DNA from: a virus
Taxonomy: Duplodnaviria; Caudoviricetes
DNA: 64,000 nucleotides
Reading direction: 5' to 3' (one strand)
Virus record (IMG/VR): IMGVR_UViG_3300028833_005988
Span: 16,004-80,003 of that record
Numbering within the stretch: the stretch's first letter is position 1; each line of letters starts with the position of its first letter. The translations under genes were made by a program, and so were the position numbers. Positions 20,926 through 31,741 of this stretch are shown in pieces. The notes under the pieces are model-generated. The model ran no database searches. It had not been told where the DNA came from and saw only the letters and a list, made by a program, of their open reading frames with translations.

Positions 20926-20961
20926 GCGGCGGTTCTGCTATACTGTGGAACCGCCGCTTTT
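20926..20961 (+). terminator. Rho-independent terminator
   Basis: GCGGCGGTTC / GAACCGCCGC stem followed by TTTT. Confidence 0.75.
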
Positions 20962-20964
20962 CAA

Positions 20965-21023
20965 ACCGCCTGACGAGTCTTTGCAAATTAAGACGAAACA
21001 CCTGCGTCCGCAGGTGTCGCGGT
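20965..21023 (+). ncRNA. Type I hammerhead ribozyme
   Basis: Stem I ACCGC/GCGGT; core CTGACGA; stem II GTCTT/AAGAC; GAAA; stem III CACCTGCG/CGCAGGTG; GUC site, predicted cut after 21018. Confidence 0.9.
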
Positions 21024-21055
21024 ATCCCCATCGAAAAAGGAAAGGAGGTATCATC

Positions 21056-21244
21056 ATGAAGCGGGCTATCGCGATCCTTCTGGCCGTATGTATTGCGGCC
21101 TTCTGCGGCTTTGCCTTCACGATTCATTGGGCAATGTCGAACGTGGAGATATGCTGGAATCCATACGGGATATCCCTATATCTCTGCGGGCACGAGTGGG
21201 TACATTTAATTGATAGCGGAATTTCCGAAGTGGTTCAGGAATGA
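21056..21244 (+). CDS. Small membrane/secreted hypothetical protein
   Basis: RBS AAGGAGG; hydrophobic N-terminus. Confidence 0.6.
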   Translation: MKRAIAILLAVCIAAFCGFAFTIHWAMSNVEICWNPYGISLYLCGHEWVHLIDSGISEVVQE

Positions 21245-21353
21245 ATCTATGGCGGAAAATTGCGCTGTCTTTTTTATTTACCCAAATGTTTAGTAATACT
21301 AAGTATATTATTTAGTATTGCGGAAAATCTGCAAATTGGGAAGGAGAACACAC

Positions 21354-22823
21354 ATGGCACAGCGTATGCTCATCACGGTTCGCAACCGGGCAATTCAGGC
21401 CTATCTCAACGGAAAAAGGGAAATCCGTATTTTCGGCATCACCATCCAGATTCAGCACGCTCATACCAACCAGTACCAGGTTATTCTGCCTGACGGTTCG
21501 GAAATCTTCCGTATCGTGGATCAGGGCAACCGGAAGCTGCAAGTCTACACAGTGTAAGACAATTTTTTCCGCCATGCAAAAAACGGCGAAAACTGCATCT
21601 CTTGTATCTTGTATATAGAGGGTTTTTGAAGGGAGGGAACGCGGATGGGTTGCAAAGGCGGAAACCGGAAATATGACGATCTCCGGGACGGCATCCGCAA
21701 GCACATCCTGGTGAAGGTGGAAACAGACGGGAATTACCTGTCCTTCGCCACCTTTTCCCCGGAATGGGGAAGCCATGGACGCTTCCTGATTCAAGTGGAC
21801 AAGGTTCGGGAACTGGTGGAGGAGAAGGTGTACAACCTTTGTGATATGGATTGCGGAAATCATATCTACATTTGGAATCACAAGGGCATTCTGTACTTCA
21901 CCTTTGACTGGCTGTCTGAGTACGGAAATGGGACGCTCAAGGGCATTCGGCAGCACCTGGAACTGTCCGCGGAAAAGCTCATTTCCGTTCTGGTTACGGG
22001 GAAACCGCTTCATACCGTCTACCGGCCAGACAGCAGCCAAGCGCGTATTCTTTCCGAACGCGTGGTCAAAGTCATTCGGGAAATTTTGAAGGACAAATGG
22101 AAAAAGCGGGCTTTCTGCAAAGCCATGCGGGACTGCTTTCAATGGCGGGGCGATACGGTGTCCTTGTACCCGGACAGCAGATATTCCTTCTATTTCTGCA
22201 CATCCAGCGGCTTTCCCGGCAATGGCGGACTGATCCTGCATGAGGGAAGCGCCCGTGTGGGAAACCGGGAATATTCCAAGCTGTACTACAGCGTTCATAC
22301 CTGAAAGGGGGATCGGCATGGAAATCTCGTTTTACTGGGATGACCTGACGCCTGAAAAGCAGGCGGAAATCCTGAAAAAGCTGGGCGATAACCAGAACTG
22401 GGATGTAATCCCGTTTTGCACGCTGGAAATCGAGAATGACGATGAGGACGACTGACCGTCCGTGAAACACAATTCAGCATTCTGGAGGTGCGGAATCATG
22501 ATGTTCAGGAAAAACAAAATGCGGTCAAGCTCGAAATTGGCTTGCCCGACGGCTCACGCATCGTTGCTATGCTGAGCGGTTATGTGGAGCCTGGTGGGGA
22601 AGATTGCGGCTGGGCCGGTGTCAATGTGGACATGGTATCCACGGATGGCGCTCACTACATGCTGTGCAGTGCTGAATATGTGGAGGATGTTCGCAAGGTT
22701 CGAGTGTTCGGCAGCAGCGGCAGGATCAATGAACTGGAAGTAGGCAACTGTGCGGATCAGGCCATGCGGAAAAACAGGAAAACGACTTACAGAGCTGCCG
22801 GAATCCGCCTGGGCGTTGCATAG
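21354..22823 (+). other. Run of hypothetical CDSs: 21354-21557, 21645-22304, 22318-22455, 22488-22823
   Basis: Co-oriented ORFs, mostly with recognisable RBS; no family recognised. Confidence 0.6.
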
Positions 22824-22880
22824 GCGGATTCCTGCTAAAGAAGTCAGCATAACCTCGACAAGATTGGAAGAGGTACATCC

Positions 22881-23675
22881 ATGAGCAAGCGTATCGAACA
22901 GCACATCCCCATCACCGGCAGAGATAAAGGCATGGCCAAAAATCCTTCGGGCTGTGTGAGCAATCCCACTCACATCACGCTGTCCCTGTACTATTCCCTG
23001 GGCGGAATCAACTACTTCACCGGAAAAACGGAACTCCGCGGATACTATATTTCCGCAAATGTGGAGCAGCGCGGCGCGCTGGATATTGGCAGCAGCGTCT
23101 GCTGTCTACTGGGTTCCGGCGTGAAGCAGTGCGTACTGGAAGTGAACCGACAGTCCGACAAGCAGCAGGAGATCGCAGCGACCCTAGCGGCTAATATGGG
23201 CAGCGCCATACTGGCCTGGTGCCGTAACGAATATGGCGTGCTGTATGACGAACCTGCGGAATACTTCCCCGGTGTGAAGAAGCGCCCCGTACCGGCGCAG
23301 CTTCCCAAGGTGAAAAAGCTGGAAGAACTGGAAAAGCCCATCTCGCCCATGCGAGGTATGAAACTGCTCACAGCGGAAATCATCAAAAAGCTGAAAAAGC
23401 ACCCTTTCGGTTCCCAGGAAGGAAAACTGGATGATGCGGAAGTACTGGTCAAGTTCTTCGGCGGCGGCGCCTGCACCTGGTTGGTGACGGAAGGCGAAAA
23501 GCAAGAGGACGGCGATTGGGAGTTCTTCGGCAAGGTGACCCTGGGCGATGAATGGGAGTGGGGCTATTTCCGGCTTTCGGAGCTGGCGGAAATGAAGTTT
23601 CCGCCCTTTAACCTGGGTGTGGAGCGGGATATGTATCCCGGCAGCAAAAAGACGGTCAGGGATTTGGCCGCATAA
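22881..23675 (+). CDS. DUF2958-domain protein
   Basis: C-terminal VKFFGGGACTWLVTEG...FGKVTLG..EWGYFRLSEL...VERD motif. Confidence 0.7.
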   Translation: MSKRIEQHIPITGRDKGMAKNPSGCVSNPTHITLSLYYSLGGINYFTGKTELRGYYISANVEQRGALDIGSSVCCLLGSGVKQCVLEVNRQSDKQQEIAATLAANMGSAILAWCRNEYGVLYDEPAEYFPGVKKRPVPAQLPKVKKLEELEKPISPMRGMKLLTAEIIKKLKKHPFGSQEGKLDDAEVLVKFFGGGACTWLVTEGEKQEDGDWEFFGKVTLGDEWEWGYFRLSELAEMKFPPFNLGVERDMYPGSKKTVRDLAA

Positions 23676-23693
23676 CAAAGGAGGGCGTGAACC

Positions 23694-24932
23694 GTGGATT
23701 TTTTTGACGATAAGCTGAACCTGTTCTTCGACAAGGAAATGCTTCAGCGGACGGTCAACGCCTGCGTGGATAAGGGCATCGACCTGGCGGAAATCCGCTG
23801 GTTCACGCAGCCGGAACACCGCATCACTCTGGCCAAGCAAATGCTTGCGGGACAATACCATATCGCCCCGCCGCACATCATTCAGATTCCCAAGCGGGAT
23901 TCCACGGAAATGCGGAAAGTGTACTGCAACGAAGCCATGGATCGCTTCATCTGCGCACAGATTGGCAAGGTATATGAGCGGATGTACCATGACCGGATTC
24001 ATCCCTGCTGTGTTTCCTATCAGCACGGTATCGGCGTGGGAAAGATAGTGCGGGAAATATCCGCCTTTCTCGCTTCCCATCCCGGCATGAAAGGCCGGAA
24101 GTACGATATTCACCACTATTTCGATGAAATCAGCGAGGAAACACGGGATCAGGGATTGCGGGAACTGGACTCCGGTTCCTGCATTGACCGGGTCGTGTGG
24201 GAATACCTGCATGACGATCAGGTGATTGATGAGAATGGCGAATTGCAGCATGTTTATAAAGGCATCGCCCAGGGCTTTGCTGTCAGTCCCTTCCTAGCGA
24301 ATTACCTGCTCCGTGATGTGGATGAAGCCATCAGCAAGCTGGACGTTCTCTATTACCGGTATTCCGATGACATTCTGATCCTGGGCAGCGACGTGGAGAA
24401 AGCTGAAGCCATCCTCTTCTCAAAGCTGGCGGAGAAAGGGCTGACCATCAACCCCAAAAAGGTGACGGACATTGACGCGGATACCGCGTTCACCTTTCTG
24501 GGCTTCAAAATCCGTGGCGCGGAGATCACCTTTTCCAAAGATACGATCGACCGGCTGAAAAAGAGCATCCGCAGCCTGACCAAAACCAGGAAAGGCCAGC
24601 CCTTGAAAAGTGAAGCCGTTCTGCGGAAAGCGATCCGACAGATCAACCATGATCTGTATATGGCCTATTTGCTCAACGACCGGGAATTTGGCTGGGCGGA
24701 GTATATGTTCGGTACGGTCAATGTTCTGGAGAATGTGCGTATGCTGGATTTCTACATCAAAGATCATCTGCGGCACCTGTACACCGGAAAGTGGAATTCC
24801 TATGGGAACTACCAGAAGGTGCCCAATGATATGCTGCGGCGGTGCGGATATATCAGCATGGTGCATCTGTACAAGCTCTACAAAATCTCCAAATCCCTAT
24901 ACAGAAATGAGGTGAGGATGCAGTGCGCATGA
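23694..24932 (+). CDS. Reverse transcriptase (412 aa, no endonuclease or Cas1 fusion)
   Basis: IPKRD...DRFI, DIHHYFD, GIAQGFAVSPFLANYLL, YYRYSDDILI, GLTINPKK, FTFLGF. Confidence 0.95.
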   Translation: MDFFDDKLNLFFDKEMLQRTVNACVDKGIDLAEIRWFTQPEHRITLAKQMLAGQYHIAPPHIIQIPKRDSTEMRKVYCNEAMDRFICAQIGKVYERMYHDRIHPCCVSYQHGIGVGKIVREISAFLASHPGMKGRKYDIHHYFDEISEETRDQGLRELDSGSCIDRVVWEYLHDDQVIDENGELQHVYKGIAQGFAVSPFLANYLLRDVDEAISKLDVLYYRYSDDILILGSDVEKAEAILFSKLAEKGLTINPKKVTDIDADTAFTFLGFKIRGAEITFSKDTIDRLKKSIRSLTKTRKGQPLKSEAVLRKAIRQINHDLYMAYLLNDREFGWAEYMFGTVNVLENVRMLDFYIKDHLRHLYTGKWNSYGNYQKVPNDMLRRCGYISMVHLYKLYKISKSLYRNEVRMQCA

Positions 24933-26790
24933 AGTGACGTGCAAAATCAGTCTGGCCGATCAGGACGGCAGGGTTAAACCTCAAATCCGTCTTCTTCATC
25001 ACGCAGGCCAATTCCGCGAAGCGCTGCATGGCCAACGTGCCCAGAAGACCGATCATCGTAAAGCCGTACAGTCAAGACCCATCCCTGAATCCTGATCACT
25101 CCCTTTTATGGCGCTGCCAGCGCTTTGAGCAGCAGACAGGCACAATCACCGCGAGATACCGCCTCCTGAGGCCCATCTCATCTCGAAGCGGATGAGATGC
25201 CCCTCCTGAGGAGGTATCCCTTGATCCTAAAGTCATGAAGTAATGGCCCGGCTTGGAAGCTGCTCTAATAAATGAAGAAGGTAACGCCAGTTATCCCGGC
25301 GCAGGGAAACAGCGGTACGTCCGTACACCAATCATGCACGAGCTCCGGATCCTTGTCGTTCGACACGTCGTCAACGCGACGTTTCCTCCGGTCTCTCTTT
25401 CAGGATCCGGAGCTCATTCTTCTATCGTAAAGCTTCTGAAGCATTGCGCAAAAGGAACCGCTGCTGTTTTATGCATCCGGTACAGGAATGCCGCATCATG
25501 TCCGTATCCTTCACACAGCCGGCTTTCGATCCGCTGAGGCAGTGGATCGCGCAGACCGGCTTTACATCGTAAACCCATGAAGAAATGTACAAAGCGGAAA
25601 CGGTGCGGAAATCGCCCGGCGCAGGGCGGCAATGCAATATCCGCAAACATCAGCTTCTGAAATTCCGATCGACATCGCCAGCTCTGGTGCCCAGAACCTG
25701 ATCGGAAGCCTCCCTTTGGTTCTGGGCACATTCGCGGCGATGTCATCCGAATTCAGAACATCGTAAACACTTTCAGTTATGCGCAAGGCGGATGCGTATT
25801 GCCAGAATCACTCCAGCGCAGGAGCAGCAATGGAGCCGCTGATTTTCAATGAGCTCTTCTGCAGTACGTCGTCTTCTTCAGGGTTTCGAGCTGCCGCTCG
25901 GAGACCTCTCTTACAGCTCGAACCCCATGAAGCAACGACGTACTGCAGAAGAGTAATATCGTAAACCCTTGCAGTCATGCGCCAAACAGCGGAAAAATTG
26001 CTTCATTATATAGCGCAGGCGCGTGCGTATGCGACGCTATGCCCTTTTTTCAGCATGTCAGTGCGAGTCATTCGCTTCTGCTCAGTGCGCTCTGCGGAGG
26101 CCGCGTCACACACTGAGCTTTGCTCCGATTCACACTGCCCGCATCGTAAAACTGTGAAGAAAACGCGAACAGAGGGCCCGGCGTTGCTGTTCTTTTTTTC
26201 TCCGGCACAGGAGAATGCCGCCATGTCCGCGCCATCAGGCATCCTGCCTTCTGAAGCGCGCGTCACATGAGGAGGTGCCCAGGCCATCGCGAAGGAAACC
26301 TTCTTATAGTCTGGAGCACCTCCCAGTATCGCGCGCTCAGAAGGCAGGCTACATCGTAAACCTCTGAAGAAACGTGCAAGGCGGAAACGGCGGCAGCATC
26401 CCATCCGTACAGATGGCTTTTCCCCAGTTTCGAGCTTTATGCGGCATTCGGAGGCGCAAGCGCCTCCTGCTGACCGACGCCTGTATGCCGGCATCGAGCG
26501 ACTGGGATGACGGGCATCCCAGTCACCATTTTCCGTCATACAGGCTCCATCAAGCTCGCAACATCGTAAAGAGATGCAGTTCTGTACCGTGCAGGCAGGT
26601 GGATATATCAGATACACGTTTGCACAGACGATTTTGACAGCCGATCCCATTTCTTCAGTTCGGCAGCCGCTCCGGCCGTCGGCAGGCGCCTTTCCATTCC
26701 GGACACCTTCATTCCAGGCGCCTCGCCGTCGGCCGGATTGGCTGCCTACATCGTAAAGCGGTTGCAGTTATGTGCCAATCGGGATGGCTG
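24926..26790 (+). repeat. RT-associated non-coding array of structured units
   Basis: ATCGTAAA at 25055, 25424, 25566, 25760, 25958, 26143, 26353, 26563, 26750 and ATCCTAAA at 25224, each followed by a TGAAG/TGCAG-like element; spacing 142-210 nt; long unit-specific hairpins. Confidence 0.85.
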
Positions 26791-26809
26791 TTTCAAAGGA
26801 GGTATCGCC

Positions 26810-27367
26810 ATGACTGTATATGAGTTTCTGGTACACGCTTCGCAAACCTATTCTGCCGTCGTGGGCGGAGGAAAGACAGAAGATATTATGCTTGACCTGA
26901 AAAGCAGGAGCATCCGAAGCAGGAAACGCTTGATTCTCCAAAATGGAATCATCGTCCGGCCTGCCGTCTATTTGGAAAACGGCGAAAAGCTGGAGCTGAA
27001 TGGTCTCATCGACTTTTCCGGCGATCCATACGCGGAGATCGAAAGGCTCTATGCTCAGTTCAAGCATTCCGTACCCAATCGCCATGTCCGGCTGAACAAA
27101 GGATATTTCAAAGCGCTTTCCAGCGATTCGTTGACCATGCAGGAGTTGACGGATAACATGCCCCGTCCCCAGGCGCGACTGGAATTGGAGGGCTTTATCC
27201 TTCTGGCTTCCGCTGCGGGGCTGATCCCGTGGCATGTGCCCGAGCATTTCTTCTGGCAAAGCGCGAATGATCCCGACTGCATCGTGTACCGGGAATGGAT
27301 CATGGGAAAGGAGGAGGATGCGGTATGTAGGAGCGATCATGCCGGTGGCAGACCGACAGCAGCGTGA
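26810..27367 (+). CDS. Hypothetical protein immediately after the array
   Basis: RBS AAGGAGG; 185 aa. Confidence 0.75.
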   Translation: MTVYEFLVHASQTYSAVVGGGKTEDIMLDLKSRSIRSRKRLILQNGIIVRPAVYLENGEKLELNGLIDFSGDPYAEIERLYAQFKHSVPNRHVRLNKGYFKALSSDSLTMQELTDNMPRPQARLELEGFILLASAAGLIPWHVPEHFFWQSANDPDCIVYREWIMGKEEDAVCRSDHAGGRPTAA

Positions 27368-27416
27368 AAACAGAAGTATTCCAGTCAAACAAATGAGACA
27401 ATGAGGAGGAACACCC

Positions 27417-28310
27417 ATGAGCAAGAAACACCAGTACATTCTTCGAAAGAACGGCATCGACTCTGACCGGTATCTGTCCATGCGCATCGACAAGGAAAGC
27501 ATCCCCGACGGCGCGGAGGTGGTGATCCAGATCAAGGACAAGGACACCGGCGAATTGCGCACCGTTCCCATGAGCATGGCCTTTGATGGCTATTTCGGGA
27601 AAAACTCCCGCTTCTATATGCAGGTCATGAACGACGGCCACGTGTTCAATCCCTATATCCACCGCCGCTTCCTTCCCGCCCAGTTCCAGCGGAACATCCG
27701 GGCAGCCGGGTATAACGGCATCCACAATTATATGCGGGAGCAGTACAACTGGAACTATGTCGTGCGCTTCCTGAAGGAAGAGTGCGCGAAGCTGGCTATG
27801 CTTCAGCGCCGTGACCCGGAAGCCTTCCAGGAACGCAGCCAATTCTTTACCCTGCACGATATGCAGAATATCTTCTGCGATTACTGCATGACGGTCAAAA
27901 ATGTGCTGACCACGGCGGAAACCAATGTATACAGGAATCGCAGGCCGCTGCAGAGGAGAGAGGAAATGTGCGTGTTCATCAAAGGCATCGGTATAATTCG
28001 GGCTGATCATATCCGTCCCATGAAGTACCGTTTTGATAAGTTTATCAGCGCTGTGCAGAATACCCATTCCTATAAGCAGCTTTCCGATTTGCTGGAGGGA
28101 TTTGATTTCTGCAAGCTGGATCCGAAGATTCACTCCAATGACCTGTTTGCCCGCCGGTTCGTGGAATCCGGCGCGTTCTACACGCTCAAGCAGAAGATCA
28201 TGTTTGAGGGTTTTTCCCTGGGTGGCCGTGATGTGATGGACGACCTTCATCTGCTGAAGGAACGCGGGCGGAACGGTTATATGAACCTGTACCGCGCAGT
28301 CAATGCCTGA
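27417..28310 (+). CDS. Hypothetical protein
   Basis: RBS GAGGAGG; 297 aa; contains HVFNPYIHRRFLP segment. Confidence 0.8.
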   Translation: MSKKHQYILRKNGIDSDRYLSMRIDKESIPDGAEVVIQIKDKDTGELRTVPMSMAFDGYFGKNSRFYMQVMNDGHVFNPYIHRRFLPAQFQRNIRAAGYNGIHNYMREQYNWNYVVRFLKEECAKLAMLQRRDPEAFQERSQFFTLHDMQNIFCDYCMTVKNVLTTAETNVYRNRRPLQRREEMCVFIKGIGIIRADHIRPMKYRFDKFISAVQNTHSYKQLSDLLEGFDFCKLDPKIHSNDLFARRFVESGAFYTLKQKIMFEGFSLGGRDVMDDLHLLKERGRNGYMNLYRAVNA

Positions 28311-28367
28311 TGAATACATTGCTGCAGGGCTCTGCTTCGGCATCCCCGCAGCGAAAGGAGGGGTCAT

Positions 28368-31300
28368 ATGTACACGGTGATCTGGATCGACGCGCATGGT
28401 AATGACCGGTGGGATCGGTGCGATTCCAGCGAGGAAGTGAACGCTCTGCTGGACAGGGAGGACGCCCGGAACGGCGATACCTGGATTTTCCTGCCCGATG
28501 CGGACGACTGTGCCATCACCGGTATTGACTTTGACAGGTAAGTACCATGCGAACCTATGAGATATGGGGCGTCATCGACGTCAACATGTATAACTCCCTG
28601 CTTTCTCCTGAGTTTACGCTGGAAACGGACGAGGATACTGAAATGAACGCGGAGCGGGAGCAGCTCTGGCAGCGGTTCGATGTAAAGAAATATGCTGATC
28701 TCATACGTGACCGGGCAGTGATCGAACTGAAAGAACTGCTGAAACAACTCCCCAGCAATATGCGCGTTCGGTATGTGGAGGGAAGCGCGGAAATCTATTC
28801 TCCGCCTTGGTACAACGATGGCGGCGACGAGTTGGTCTTCAAAATCCGGGCACTAAGCCGCCGTTCTCAGAAAGGGATGCAGCGGTATCTGGATCGGTTC
28901 TTTTCGGATGAATGGAACGCGGAGTTCGGCCCTGATTACCGCATCTATGAGTATATCCGTGAAAACATGGGGCTGGAAGACTTTCTGATAGAGGAGGACG
29001 AGCATGTACAATCTCCTGACATGGAAGGATGAAAACGGCGTTGTCACGACCCGTGCAACGAAGGCTAAGCTGACCGAACGGCTCTTCGTGTTGGAATCCT
29101 TTCTCCAACAATTGACCGCTTATGAAATAAGCAAGTATCGGCTCGGCCAAACCGCACGCTTTCTGAAACATCCAGTGGGAACCGCGGATGAAAGCTATTT
29201 CACTTTTTTCCGAAACCTGCTCAGCAAGGAAATCGCGCAGCACAAAGCTGTGCGGGACCGCATCCGCCGGATGTATGCAAGGCTGACGAAAGAGACGATG
29301 GTGCAGCCGGGTGATTTCGAGCGGGAAACGATGCCGGTACGCCCTATCAATCAAGAACATGCCCGAAGGCTTATGAAAGTCCTGGAGGATAATGGCATCG
29401 AAGCAGACGAATGCGAAACGGTGGCAGAAGCCATCTGCTTTGTGCTTGATCTGGATGCTTCCTTATTTCAGCAACAGGAGGTACGAACATGAATCAAAAG
29501 CCGATCCTGTTATCTCGTGAATGTATTCGTGACACACTGATGGTCAAACGGGAAAACCTGCTTCATGGGCTGGCGGGGAGTCTGTATGTGCTCAACATTC
29601 AAACGCTGCGCAGGGGCCAGCTTGCACCCTATCGGGAGACGATGACGGCCAACCGCTACCTGAACCGCCAAGCGCTGAAACGCGCTGCGCCGGATATCGT
29701 CATCACGGTACGAGGCGGTATGGTACAGGAGGTACGCTCTACCAATCCCTATGCCACCGTGTATATCGCGGATTATGACGTGGATTCTCCGGATGAAAAC
29801 GCCACAACCGAGGATGCGGAGGAACGCGCTGCCTGGGGAGATATGCACGTCGTTTACTGAGGAGGCAAGCCGTGGAAATCAAAAGCATCCAGAAGCTGCT
29901 GGCCATGAAACCCGGCCTGTACATCGGCGTGGATGATGAAGGCCGCAGGGTTGCCGTATCCAAGAACAGCACGGGCTTTCGTCTGCATGTGGAATCAGGA
30001 AATCAGCGGTATAAGGTTCTCCAGTTTGATCCGAATGGTACGCTGCTTTCCTCCAGCGATAAGGAAGTAAAGGGGGACGCGGTATGAATACGGATTATCA
30101 TGTGAAAGCTGCCCTGCCGGGCCAGGAAGAATTGTTTTATTCCGACAGCAGTCAGGAAGAAAACTGCATCGGCCACCTTCGCGGTGACTTTGGCCATGGC
30201 GGTAACGAATTCTGGACATCCTGGTGGCCTCACGCGACAGAGCATAAGAAAACGACTGGTTTCCGGCAGGATTTCAACGAATTGGTAGGCTTTCTCCGGC
30301 AGGATTTACTCAAAAACCGCAGGGAGATGGCGCGCTATCTTCAAGCGTATCCCGGCCTGGTCTTGGCGTGCAGTGATAAAGGAACCATGGGTTATACGGT
30401 GTCTAAATCCTCTTATCTTTTCTGTATCCGCTGTATGCCCGCTCCCGGTAACTATGATTTCTATATTTACGCTTATATGACAGAGGAGGCGATGCGGTGA
30501 GCAGGCAGATCCCGGTGACCTATGTTTCCGTTTGGGACAATGGCATGGCAATTCCGACCACCGCCCTTTTTGACGAAGAAACCGGCATCATCAGCGATAT
30601 TCAGCAGGCTGATCTGCCGGAAAGCGTACTGGAATCGCTGGACATCCTGGTAGATCAGTATGTGATGGTCCGAGACAAAAAGTATGAGCTCCAGGAAAAT
30701 GGCGATGGCACTTTTACCGTCCTTCGGAACTATGGCGTGTTCTTCTCCCACAGCGGATATGCGGAGATCAAAGCGGTCTCTGCGGATGAGGCGATGCGGA
30801 TTGCGGACGAAACCTTGAAGGTGGACGATGTTTCCTGGGATGAAGACTGGCATCCCACTAATGCGCAGTTGGAAGAATAAAAAGCTTTCACGCAAGGGAG
30901 GTGAAGTAATGATAATCAAGCTGCCCGTTTCCTGGGAAGTATGCGGCTTTGTGGAAGTGGAGGCCGACTCCATTGACGACGCGATGGATATTTTTCAAGA
31001 AACCTCCGATCACATCCCTCTTCCAACCGATTCGGAATATGTATATGGTTCCTTTGATCTGACCTGCTATGACCCGGAAAGCATTCAAGCCTACAATCCC
31101 GGCGTGCCGCTGAGATCAAACGACGGGGAGGAATGAGCATGGCAAATTACTATGGTATCACCCGCACGAACTATTTCCATGTAAAGGATGAAGCCGCTTT
31201 CCGGGATTTCATGTCTAAAGCGGTTGGTGATGAGGATGGCATCGACCTGTGGGACGATGAAAAGGACGATCATGGGAATACTCTCTTCGGTTTCGGCCTT

Positions 31301-31736
31301 TATGGCTGCATTGCCGGGATTCTTGTTCCTGTGTTGGATGATAATGGTGAAGACACCGGGGAAACGGAAAATAATTTTGACGCCTTCACTGATGGCCTTC
31401 AGCAGCATGTAGCTGAGGATGACGCCATTATCATTTTTGAAGCAGGACATGAAAAACTGCGCTATGTGGGCGGCGGAGCAACGATCATTACCGCTAAAGA
31501 CATCATGTACATTGATCTCCAAACCGCCGCCTGCAAAAAAGCGGCGGAGCTTCTCCATAACGACAAATGGATGACCCGATGTGAAGAGTAAAAGGGGTGA
31601 TTCCATGTTCCGTCCCCATGGGTATCTGACGAATCAGGGGTATATCGGCTTTCTGCCCGACGGCAGGCATATGCTCTTTTCCACGGAAAAAGAGTACATG
31701 GAATATCTTTCGGAAATCAATGAACAGGCGGCGTAA
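28368..31736 (+). other. Run of small hypothetical CDSs: 28368-28541, 28547-29032, 29004-29492, 29489-29860, 29872-30087, 30084-30500, 30497-30880, 30909-31136, 31133-31591, 31605-31736
   Basis: Tightly packed or overlapping ORFs, all ending TAA/TGA; resembles early/leading-region genes of MGEs. Confidence 0.7.
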
Positions 31737-31741
31737 GGAGG

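Noticed and set aside
23694-24932. RT as a DGR enzyme or group II intron-encoded protein
   Set aside because: No TR/VR pair with adenine-specific differences and no avd-like gene seen; no intron 5' end or DV/DVI flanks the ORF.
26006-26650. 214-aa minus-strand ORF inside the RT array
   Set aside because: No RBS or motif, odd composition; explained by GC-rich hairpins lacking stops.
24926-26790. CRISPR array
   Set aside because: Conserved core is only ~8-25 nt and degenerate; intervening sequences are 140-210 nt with long hairpins; no cas genes recognised.
28307-28356. Second hammerhead (CTGATGA...GCTGC/GCAGC-GAAA)
   Set aside because: Seven extra nt separate the core from stem II, and no stem III or cleavage triplet pairs up.
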